64,000 bases of DNA from Amoebophrya sp. A120 (Eukaryota > Protista > Dinoflagellata), in the NCBI GenBank assembly GCA_905178155.1, contig CAJINV010000001.1:8569642-8633641 (forward strand). The letters run 5' to 3'. The notes beneath the pieces were generated by a model that saw only the letters and a list, made by a program, of their open reading frames with translations, made no database searches and had not been told where the DNA came from. This document shows, in pieces, positions 11,350 to 22,500 of this stretch. Every line of letters starts with the position of its first letter. Positions within the stretch are counted from its first letter, which is position 1. The position numbers were made by a program, and so were the translations under genes.

Positions 11350-14290
11350 TAGAGCTAAGTGCAGTGCATAGCAGTGGAGCAATACGCAGCGAGAACATCG
11401 ATGGCGGGTCGGCGTTGCTTTTGACAAATCCGGCGGTCCGTACCAGACCGGGGGAGGCAGGACGGGAGGCGAATAACACGCGGCACGGTGGCGGAGCGAA
11501 CGCGCCTGAGCTGGGACGGACCGGGGCACGGGGGCGGCGCTACGGACGGCGAGGAACGAAGGAGCTGGACTTGGTCGCATCTGCGCGAACCGACATACCT
11601 CTTTTGAAAATGGTCGCGCAGGTCCGCGCTCGGTTATCAGATCCCCGCGGCCTACCTAGCGCCATGTGCGCAGACGAGTAGACTCAGGATGACAGGCTGC
11701 AGCACCAGGCTGCAGAAATGTTGTTCGTCGTCCGTAGCTGCACTCGTGACGCGCGGAAGGCGACAAGCCTCTCGCTGGCGCAGGGGAAATCCGCAACACA
11801 AGCAGGGAAACACCCGCGGCAGGGAGGCGAAGGCGGGGCGGGCTGCTTGGAAGGAGCGCGCCAGGCAGAGCGCCAGGCACTACCGGGACATGGGGGAGCG
11901 GGCTCGCGGGCCCAGTCTCGACCTATTTCGCTCGGCGCCGGACCACGTCCAGAAGGCACTGGGCTGGGAAAGCACCCCAGTGATGTCGTTGCGATGCACG
12001 AAGCGGCTCAACTTTGCGACCACCCTGACAGGGATCTCCTCGCGGGTGTCTTGCGTGGAGTCAAGACAGCCGGGAACTCCGACCGCTCCTGGGTGGGGCA
12101 ATCAGACCCAAGGATAAGCGAGGTAGACGATCAAGACGCGCAGGACTTTTTGGGTGCGGCCGACGTCATCGGGCGCGGGAGCGGAGCCGACCGGGTGGGG
12201 CCCGAAGCTTCTCCGTGGTGTTCTGGGTGGCGTGAGCGATGTGAGCTCGAAAGGGCTCCGCCGAAAGGCGGGGCGCAGGAGCTTAGTCGCGCAGCCAGGC
12301 CCGGCGCGTCCGAAGGAGGAGGCCAACAGAGGCAGGGAGATAAGAGGCTACCGCGACATGAACAGGGGTGGGCGTCGCGGCTGGTGGAGAGGCCGCACGG
12401 CCGCTGCGCAGCAGCTCGTCGGCGCCGTGCTGGGGTTGGGCGGCTGCGTAGCGGGGGCGCCGGCTTCTGGCATGATGCCAGAGCGGACCGCCCGCGACTT
12501 CGAAAAGCCCTTGCAAGCGTTCGCGGTGTTGGCGCGGTGGGGGAATGTCATTGATTTTTCCGGCCCGGGCCAGAGGGACGGGCAGGCTGAGGCTGGCGAG
12601 TGAGTCGCCCGCGCTGCTTATGGGAAACTGCCACAGCGTCCCAGGGGCCTGCCGGGTGGGCAAATTCGTCTACCGGGCCTACGGGCATGCAGGCGGGGCT
12701 GCCCCACTTTACATCGGCGACGCCTTTCTGTTCTCCGTCATCGCGGAGGCCACGCAGCTTGCCCGGGAGCTGTCTGACGCAATTAATAGCCGACACGCTT
12801 GGACTTCCGCTATTCGCGAAGCCGGCGGGGACCAGTGCAGCCTGGACCGGTTCCCGAGCGGCACCGCTCGCGATTTTGGGAGGGCGCCCGGGATCGGGTA
12901 TGTTTGGACCAGTCGCGCGGCGGGGAAGCCGGCGCGGGTGCGCACCGTGGTGCCGCAGGGCAGGGCCCATCTTGCGGCTGACCGGTGCCCGCAGCTGCTT
13001 GCAGAATGCAAGGCGAAGCGATTGAAAATCAAAACGGTCGAGAAGGCCGCGGGGATTGCCAACGAACTATGTCGCGCGCAACACGACAGGCGCGGAACCG
13101 AGTTCCCTCGCGCCTTGCACCCTTGGGCCGGCGCGACGTATTTTGATAGTCTTGCGGGCCCGCGGGAAATGCGGGCGGCCGTCGAGAAGACGGCCACAAC
13201 TTTGCGCACCATGGTGCGCCACGTCCAGCCGTACCGGATTAGATCTACCAGCGTCGGCGCGCGCTGTCTTTTTGCCGGCGCCCCCACCGGCGGCGGCGGT
13301 GTGCGGCGACACAGGCGCGAGCCTTGGGAGGTAGCGACGCGAGGGGCATTCCTCATTACGCAGGATGGATGGCGCAAGACCTTAAGCTGGACGGCACGTA
13401 GTTGCGAAAGCTGCCAAAGGTTCAAGCACCCGAAACAGCCGCCGCGAACATTGCGCAGCGCACCCTTGGGGCATATGTGAAGCAGCCAATTTGTGTTACG
13501 GGCCGCGGCAGCACAGCGGGGCTGTTCGCATTGATCAAATTGACGCCCCGACAGGGGGCCACCTGCAACGCCGCCAGCGAGCCGGGCGGCACAGCGGGCC
13601 AAGCCGCGGGAGACTCGGCCGCGGTATAGATATTGCAATACGTGCACCAATCCCGCGGGCGGTTAGTTTTTCGCGCAAGAGCCTCCTATCTCGCGCCATT
13701 CAGTTCTGGCACCCTACGCAGCACCACGGCCAGCACTCGGGCCCAGGGGCCCATGAGTTTGTGAAGCAGCAGCTCGATCCGCTGCTGCCGGAAGAAGTCG
13801 CGATGGGCCCTACGTGCGACCGGCGCAAATGTAGGGACCGGGTGTGCTATTGGAAAGCGCGAGCGCCTGCATTGGCGCAGGCACTAACTCGCGATCTACT
13901 GGGCCGAGCACTTTGTATCGTGAGTGCTACAGCACTGGAGGAGGAGGCTATCGCGAACGCCGGCGCCATAGCAGTCGCGTCGCACACGCCGGGCGCGTCA
14001 CGAGGTCCATAAGTTCACGGCCGTCACTACCTCGCCTGCCTAGGGGTGCCGCAAACGCCGCGGCGCCATCAACGGTTTCGGCTTCATCATCGCCATAGTG
14101 TGTTCCTGCTGCGCCGCAGCGCCGGCCGCTTACGGGCACGGGCCCGCGACGTCCTGGCACCAAGGCAAAGGTGACCAGCGGGACAGCTCCGGCGGAGCAG
14201 CACCAGGCTCCGAAGCCTGCCGGAGGGTCGCGGCGACGGACACTTTTCAGCATCAGGCGCCAGGCCTTGGCAGCGCCTGCTGCTCAGCAA
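11350..14290 (+). mobile_element. Decayed DIRS/Ngaro-like (RT + RNase H) retrotransposon relic
   Basis: GC-rich block with frameshifted motifs in pol order: HPDRDLLAGVLRGVKTAG; RDFEKPLQ (RT D..AF.Q-like); GNCHSV..CR and YIGDAF (YIDD-like, 12710-12721); FAGAPTGGG (FTDAS-like, 13271); RGSTAGLFALIK (DNxAA..AL.K-like, 13504); NPAG (NPAD-like, 13649). No intact tyrosine recombinase or termini recognised; boundaries approximate. Confidence 0.6.
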
Positions 14291-15187
14291 GATTTGCTTT
14301 TTTCAGTTGGCGTGGGCTTGGATCTACTGGACACTCCGCCAATGATGAAGGTTGTGCGTGCGAATCGCTTGCGAGTGAAGAAATGAAGTCCATTGTTGTC
14401 ATGCTTTGCGCCCCTGGCGCCCAATCTTCGCGCCCCTTGCTAGTTTGTTCGCCCGGACCCCCGCACTCGTTTTATCATGGTGGCAAGAACTCTCAATCGG
14501 AACAGACACAGGCCATTGCCGTTGCTCAAATTCAACGCCACAGGTTTAGCCGGGGGCCAAGAGCCAAGCGTCGAAGCAGGAATGCCGGAAACAAGGGCGT
14601 CAGATATGCACCGGCCACCGGGTTTCATCTTTCTGCCCTACCCCGGCATCGAGGACAAGTGGGCCGATCAGCTTAAAACCAGAGAGGGCAATGGGCGCGC
14701 CGATAAGAGCTCAGCGAGGCCAACTGAGACGCAGCTTTTTCAACAACGCAGCATGGCCAACCCGTTCAAGATGATTGATTTTCCGATGACGTATGTTGAA
14801 ACCAAACCCGAAGCGTCATCGGTATTGACGTCCATCTGATTTCTGTTTGAGTGCAAAAGTAAGCCATACTATCGGCATTCGTTCAGAGCACTTTTATTCG
14901 GACTATCGTACAACCACTGTCGTAGCATCGTACTTAATAAATAGCCTATAGCGTAGCGCGCGCATATGAATGCAAACACGACGAGGAACGATACAGAAGA
15001 AAGAACGGCGATGATGGATTTTTGATTGCACGCTGTCAGGCTTGTTTGTGAACCCAATACACGCGCAATAATGGAGTGCGCAACTGGTAACACCCCATAC
15101 GTTTGAGGATCGTAACCTCGTGAAAGTTTTCAAATTTATTGTTCACCACGATCACAGGAAACGCCACACGAAGGCAGAAAATGGAAG

Positions 15188-16138
15188 GTGGCTGAGAAGA
15201 TTTTTGCTGCGTTTTCTGGTCGTGAAGAAGAGAACGTAGCTCAGTGGCCACATTTGCTGGTGACGCCGGCGTTGGATGACGGCGCTCTTCTTCAACTGCG
15301 AGATATAGCAGAGGAGAAGTCGCTGAAGCAGAGGAGAAGTCGACCAGGTGCAGAGGGTGAGAGCGGCAGAGGAGAAGTCGCTAGCAGCGTCGTGTGTGTC
15401 CCCGAGTTTGTCGATTACCGCCTCCGTGCAGATTTGCATCCCGGCATCGTATCCGTGTGGGGTCCAGAGGCCAACATAAGAAGAGTCAGGACAAATGCGG
15501 ATTTATTCTCGAGCGTTGCGTCGTCGGCTAGGAACATCGCGTCTACCACCTTCGTGACGAGCTTTGCTTCTGAAGCCATGACATTGCTTTGGTACGGTTT
15601 GGGCGCGAGTGAAGAGCAAAAGGTGGCAGGCGAAATGAACACTATTAGTGCAGCGCTTTCCGATTCTGGCCCAGGACCACCGGATGCTCACGCCTTGAGA
15701 CACAGCGCGGTTCTTCTGCTATCGATGACTATGAGGACGGCGACAAAGTGCCTCGATCGTTTTGTTGGACTTGGACAAAGTGAAGTTGATCGCACACAAC
15801 TATCAGAACAGATCAAGAGCATTCTTGGCCTTAGCGGCGACGGCACTTGTTTCTCAACGCTTCCTACAGACGAATACTCTAACTGGTCTGAGAGCAGCAG
15901 TGGTCTAAGGACTGGATCGCCGCAGCAGCAGTCTCCAGATGGGCCTAGCGAACGGTGGGCGCGTCAGAGTTTGTACCTGCAGAACATGGGAAGTGTGCTG
16001 CATCGCCTCAGCAAGTGGTGCGCTGGGCGACAAGAAGAGGAGATGAAACAAAAAAGAAAATATAACAGCTGGATGGATGATGTTGCGAAGAAAGCCATTA
16101 CTAGCATGAGAGCCGCGGGGACCCCTAGAAAACCCTAG
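15188..16138 (+). CDS. Hypothetical protein (316 aa)
   Basis: Uninterrupted ORF with no recognised domain; start codon uncertain. Confidence 0.5.
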   Translation: MAEKIFAAFSGREEENVAQWPHLLVTPALDDGALLQLRDIAEEKSLKQRRSRPGAEGESGRGEVASSVVCVPEFVDYRLRADLHPGIVSVWGPEANIRRVRTNADLFSSVASSARNIASTTFVTSFASEAMTLLWYGLGASEEQKVAGEMNTISAALSDSGPGPPDAHALRHSAVLLLSMTMRTATKCLDRFVGLGQSEVDRTQLSEQIKSILGLSGDGTCFSTLPTDEYSNWSESSSGLRTGSPQQQSPDGPSERWARQSLYLQNMGSVLHRLSKWCAGRQEEEMKQKRKYNSWMDDVAKKAITSMRAAGTPRKP

Positions 16139-16583
16139 AAGTAGAAACCCTTTTAAAGGGTTTTTTTCTGGTAAATAAGATATCAAAAAGCGAAGCTCTT
16201 GCCGGGCCTTGCGCCGTGGAACTAGAAGTATATAGCGATCACCTAACAACAACAACAAGTGCTCACTGAGTGACGGGATCGCTTCTTGACACGTGCGCCA
16301 GATGAAAAGTACAAGCGTTCTTGAAGATTCTGTTTGTATGTGGTTTTGCGTGTGAGTATCAAAATGTCAACGCCGTTTGAAGTGTGATCGTGTTTTTTCT
16401 CATCATCACTTCACATGATCCCCAACACTTGCACTTTCCAGTTGGGAAGTCGACAAACATACTGTGAAAGCTGGCAAGGCAGAAGACCTCCAGTGAAGCT
16501 CGTTATTCTCCGCAAGGGGGTTCCGCTTTCATCTTGTTTCCGCAAGTCAGGGACTTAGGCCTAGGCGAGCTGGTCAGATCAAG

Positions 16584-19500
16584 ATGAGCCCCGTCCATGC
16601 CATGTGCAGGTCGTTTATTAGCCTGTCCCTGCTCCTTCGCCACACCTCCGGCGCCTCGTGGTTTGGGTTTGAGGACAGTGCGGCGAAGCGCGACGATGGC
16701 TCCCCGCAGCGAAAAGCGCAGGTTCGGGCTTTTTTCCGCGACATGGATGAAGTCAACGAGGGCGTGCCGATGCTCGCCAAAATGGCCAAGATGGAGGAGC
16801 AAGCAGCTGCAGCGGGCCAGCGCGGTTCCTCAGAGGAACAACTGACGAAGTCGGCCGACTCGCTGAGCAGCACGGGGTCGCACGCCAGCACAACCGAGCA
16901 GAAAATTTTGTCGAAGGCCAGTGACATGCTGAAGCAGCGGCACGAGAAGCTCCGGACGCAGGGCGTGGCTTTGCCCGACCACCAGCAGCAGAAGCGGGGT
17001 CTGTTCTGTGCGCACGAGAACACAGCGGCGTGGAAGAAGAGGATGTTCGAGTCCGAAGATGTATACGACGAGAAGCATATCAAATGTAAAAATGTCTGGG
17101 TCTGGAAGAATGCAACTTGTCATGCTAAATCTGAAGCATGCAAAAATCTGTGTTGCATGATTACCAAAAGTCGCCCAGTTTTGACCAAGTCGGGAGGCAG
17201 TTTCTCATGCAGGATAGGCATGAGAAAGATCGCACAGAATCTGTCATGCTAGGTCCTGCATTCCAGACCTCATGGGTCATGGAAAAGCTGCATGACAAAT
17301 CGCGCACTCTTCCAGACCCAGACATTTTTACATTTGATAAAGCAGGCCGAGAAGTTTCTCGGCGCCACGCTCGAGGGCGGACTGCAGGCGGATCTCTACC
17401 CGCACGTAGATTTCTTTCACCTGGTGCACGCCAAAGCCTTCAATTGGCAGGGCCTGGCTTGGAAGATGCCGAAAATCGCTTTCAAAATCCGACACCAGCC
17501 GGGAAGCAAACTGTCCATTAGCAGCGCAACCTCTTCGCCCGGAACAAGTTCCCCCGGCACGACCGCGGCAGCCGACGTCTGCCAGTTTGAGCGAGCACCC
17601 TCCGCAGCGCCAGTGTACGAGTACTTCTCCGGGGTGCAGATGTACCATTTAAAAATGTCAACCAAAGTGGAAGTGGAGGTAGGAATTAGATTTCTTTTGT
17701 CGCTTCTTGTGCTGCATCAAGAGTTGCTTCGCTTCTACTAGAAGGTAGTTCCACGAAATTTTATACAGTGTCTCTTTATAATCTTGATCGTTGTTTCTCT
17801 TCGACAAACCGTCACACTACATATCAGTTTTTCGTCGAAAACGCGGACTCGTTGCAGAAGATGGAGGACGCCGCGTGGAATCTGTACAATCGGGAGTGGG
17901 GCGGCTTCGACTACACGCCTGCGCAGTCGGCGTCTGAAGACCGCCGAGAACAACAACAGCAAAACGCCGACTCTTTTTTCGCCCCCAACCTGGTCGACGA
18001 CGACGACGACGAGCGGCCCGCTGTCACCTCGACCGCCGGCCGCACGCCGACAGAGCGGGGCTTGCTGCACTTTTTCCACGAGGCGGCGAAGCATTTTCTA
18101 CCGCGCGTGGATGAGGACAGCCTGGACTTGATGAGGCGTGCGAGCGACGCGGAGCTGGAGCGGAGCCTTTTAGATGGATTCAGTTCGGCCACGCGGCAGT
18201 TCGCCAGCGCCCTGGCGAAGGACAACAAGGCAACGCCGAACGCGGGCCTGAGCATCGCGAAGTTCGACATTCGGTTCACCGCTCTCACCCCCTTCCCCTA
18301 CAACTCGTGGTTCGACCCGCAGGCGTATCAAATGTAAAAATGTCTGGGTCTGGAAGAATGCAACTTGTGATGCTAACTTTGGATTCTAAAAAAATCTGTA
18401 TTGCATGACCAGCAAGAGGCGCCCAGTTTGTGCTACGCGGGGAGAGCATTTGTCATGCGGGATAGGCATCAGGAACGCCTCTAGAAATATGTGATGCTAG
18501 ATCATGCATTACAGACATCCTGAGTCATGCAAAATATGCATGACCCCACTTTTCCATGCAGGACTTCGGGGACCCCACTTTTCCAAGGTTCTTGGTTGTG
18601 GATGGTTCCTCGAGGTCTGGCTGCGGCGATCTAGTTGGGCGTATTACGTACACCATGCCTGCTGCTGTTGTCGGACTTTCATTTCTGCACGCTTGAGATC
18701 TTCACTATCCTGCTGCTCCTCTAGTTCTACCGGTGAACATCATGGGACTATACCGTTTCCCTGCGGTTTTCGATGTAGAGCGTCGGCGGCCGCCGATGCA
18801 CGTGTAGATGGCGGTGGTGTTGCCCCTGCTGACGTTGATCCGCCCGCACACTGATCTCCTTCGTCCCGTACTACCACTGTCGGGCTCTACTGCTGGTGCG
18901 GATGCGCCTTCATCTCCGAACAGTTACGACTTGGAGTGGTGTGAAGCTCCAGCTGCCTGGGCGAAACTGCGGCTGTCGGCGTGTGGCCACCGGCGTGTGA
19001 TGGTGATTCCGGGGATTTCCTGCGACGTGGCCATTTTCTACGGAAGCTGACCGGCCTGTGTTCCGATTCCTAAATGTCGGCTCCCGAACGTGCCCGCTTC
19101 CGTCGTTTTCGCTTCTCCACCTCGGTTCCTGCATTTTCTCCCCTCCGTCTTACATTCGTGCTCCGGCTCCTGCTCCTCCGTATTCCGCAGAGTTTACTGA
19201 TTCAGATAGAACTTACGTAGTCCACTTCTAATTATTATAAATATATTACTTTACTTTTAGCCCCCGACAGTGGGAAGAAAAAGAGGAATAAGGGAGCGGT
19301 CGGGGCTGACTCACAGAAACCGGGCGCGACGGGAGGTGGCAAGGGCAGCACAGGAGCCGATGCTGACACGGCAGCCTCCGCATCTGCCAGTGCAGCAAAG
19401 AGTCCGGCCGCGGGCTCGAGCTCGTCGTCATCCAACGCTCGACCGCGCCAGGTAGTGGTGAAGAAGTCGGGTGTGGACTTAGGCCGAGTGCTGCGGAGTG

Positions 19501-22500
19501 GATTGTTAATGCAGGGGAAGAAGCTGAATTTCCAATAAAGACGTCAAGATGTGTGCGTGCACGCCGAACTCGACTACCTACTGATGGAAAGTGGCGAGTC
19601 ATGACCTGAGTTTTTTTTTACAAGTTGACAGAGAAGTTTTTTTGTTCGACCATCGGAAACGAAGACTTTAATTCGAACCAGCAACGGGGGCGACGCTCTA
19701 GATCGAAGTGTACGATAGCCAGGAAGTTATACGATCGGGCGCAGGAAACCCGCTGCGGGGGGGGCTTACCAAAAGAAGAAAAAAGAACTATCGCGAATGA
19801 CGGAAGTTGTGTTGTCTCTCTCTCTGCCAAGGAACATATCGATGATTTTTTATCTTTCTGTTGCACTGCAAGACCGAATTCGAATTGTGTGAAGCTGAAG
19901 TTGAAGTTGACGGTCGAGGAGCTTTAGCCCAGACGCAGTGCGACAGACTAGAGGGGCGGGGGTGCTGGAGGCTAGAAAGTTGTTGTTTGTGGTCTAGTTG
20001 ACGTGACGTCGCGGTGAGATTGCCTGCAGCAAGGAGCATTGCAGGAGAGAGACCGGGTTGTTTGAAGTGATTAGACCAGTGACCGGATAAACCTGGTCGG
20101 GCGCGTGGAAGGCCAGCCACGTTGCTTTTTGCAGGCAATCGCATTACTATCGAAAAGAAGAGCTTTTTTGTGAAGATTTCCTACTACACCTGATCACCCA
20201 GCCCAGAATTCCGAGCCTCGCGGTTGGAGGGCCGCGCGGCATACGTGGAAATAACTGGAAGACCGTTTTTTGTGTTCGACGAAGATCTCTGAAGACCCAC
20301 CAAGAGATCAAAGCGAGCCGATTTTGACAATAAGAAGATCGGAGGTTCCTAAAATGTTTACCGCCCCTACACCGTGCCCACCCGCAGAAGCCCCCGCAGC
20401 GGGGAGGAACCTAGCTGCAGGCGGCAGCGATGCCGGGACGGAGGAACCGTCCCGAGTCCGGCGCAGGGTACAAGCAGTACATAAGCTACGAATCGGAACC
20501 CTCAATGTACTCACACTGGGGGAAAGGGGTGACAGCGGAATTAAATCGGTTGAGGCAGAATGCCTACTGCGGGATGCCAGGGCACGTAATTTGGACGTAG
20601 TAGCAACACAAGAAAGCCGGGTGACGGAGTGGATCAACGGGGAAAAGTATGCTGAGTGCGTGCTATATGGGGGCGGGGCGTGGAAAAACGCAGTAGGGGC
20701 GGCAGTCGGAGGACTGTTGTTCTTGATCCGGGCCAACCTGGAGGTGGTGGATTACGATGCCGAACAGTGGGGAAGACGTGGGCGTTTATCCCTTCGCACG
20801 CCGCAAGGTCAGCGGATCCACATCCACGGGTGCTACGCCCCCACCGATGTTGCCGATGCCGGGGCAAAAGATGACTTTTGGAACCGAGTGGAGCAAAAAG
20901 TCTCGGCTCATGGCAACAGGGACATCGTGATCGCCATGGGAGACTGGAATGCGGAGATGGCGGGCGGTCCACAGCGCGAGCTGATTGCCGCCGGTCTCCC
21001 GTACACGGTGGGCCCATGTGGATTGACCTCAGATTTTGCCCGCGAGTCGGACAACTCCGCGCGTCTGCAGGCTTTGGCATCGTCGGCCGAGCTTGTAGAC
21101 ATATCCTCCCTTTTTCAAAAACCGTGGTCGAGGCGGTATACCTTCGAAGGCTCTTGGGCCGGGCGAAGCAGGAGGAAGCGCGAATACGACCGAATTCTCA
21201 TCTCCTGGCGCCACCGGGGCTTCGTGCGAGGCTTTCAAGTGCACGGCAACACCTACACCCATAGCGACCACCGCTTGGTGGTTGCGGAGCTGTGCCTGAG
21301 TGTAGCAAAAAAGCCGAGGAAGCCCGGAGGGGTGAGCAGCTGGATCCGGACGAAGCAGGCTGCTGAGGACACCAGCAAGGAGTTGGAGAAAATCTTCGAT
21401 GTTGGGGTCGTAACAGAGGGGATCGAGTCCGGGGCGAGAAGCACGGACGAGTGGTGGGTGGAGTTTGAAGAAGCTCTGGCTGCCACCATCGACAAATTAA
21501 GCAAAAAGGCGGAGGTGAAACGGGGACCGCGAAAACCCTGGATCACCGAGAAGACATGGGCAAAAATCGAGGAACGACGAAAGGCGATGGAAAAGGGGGG
21601 CCGGGACGCAAAGAAGCGGGTAAGCAGGCTCGGAAGGGCTGTTAGAGCCTGCGTCAAGGAGGACAAGCTCGCCTGGGTCAAGGACAAGCTGGAAGAGCTA
21701 CGCAAGGCCGACAATTCCGGCAACTCCCGTGCGGTTTTCGAGGTTGTCAGGCAGCTGGCAGGCAAGGCCCGGAAGCCAATGCAGGAGCTGCCGGGGCCTC
21801 CGGAAATGTGGACAGCTTTCTGGGGGAAAATTTTCGGCGAGCCCCGCCCCGAACCGGCCGAAGAAGCCAAGAGCACCCTGAGCTACAGAAAGTGCGAAGA
21901 GGCGCTTCTGAAAGAAGACCGACCGCAGTGGTGTGGCAATTGGGAAGTCGCGCCAACCGATTCAGAAATCGACGAAGCCCTGCGCGGGCTGAAGGCGGGC
22001 AAGGCCTTTGCAGGGGTAGCACCGGCGGAGCTTATACGCGACTGCGCACTCGCGCGTGCTGTGGTCGCGTCGCTTGTCCGCCGGGTTTTCCGGGGAGAGG
22101 AAGTCCCCGAAGCCTGGGGGCAGGCGGTGCTCACGATGCTCCACAAAAAGGGCGACAAAAGTCAGGCAAAGAACTACCGGCCGATTGCTTTGCTAACATT
22201 TGGCGAAAAGTTGCTAGGCCTCATAATCCTGAAACGGATAGAAACCGAAGCGGCGGCGACAATCGACAAAAGGCAAAAGGGGTGCACGCGCGGACTCAGC
22301 TGCAGGCATGGGGTCTTCCAGATCCTGCGCGACATGGAAAAATGCAAAAGGGAAGGACGCCGGGCGTACCTCGGCTTCGCCGACTTCCTGAAGGCGTTTG
22401 ACAGTCTCAGCTGGGCGGTCATGTATAAGGTTCTCCGACGCCAGGGGCTGCCTGAATACATCGGCCAAGTCGTGCGCAGCATGTACGATGGCCGCGCTAC

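Noticed and set aside
16120-16170. Telomere-like AAACCCT units and palindrome AAACCCTTTTAAAGGGTTT
   Set aside because: Too short and irregular to call an interstitial telomere or a terminator
17078-17339. Recurring peptides IKCKNVWVWK, YQMQKCLGLE and FQTQTFLHLI in many ORF translations, suggesting a protein repeat family
   Set aside because: They are translations of the introner TIR in different frames, not a protein domain
19209-19215. GAACTTA also at 24395-24401, as a possible inner LINE TSD
   Set aside because: Only 7 bp and overlapping the tandem tail, so indistinguishable from chance without other copies
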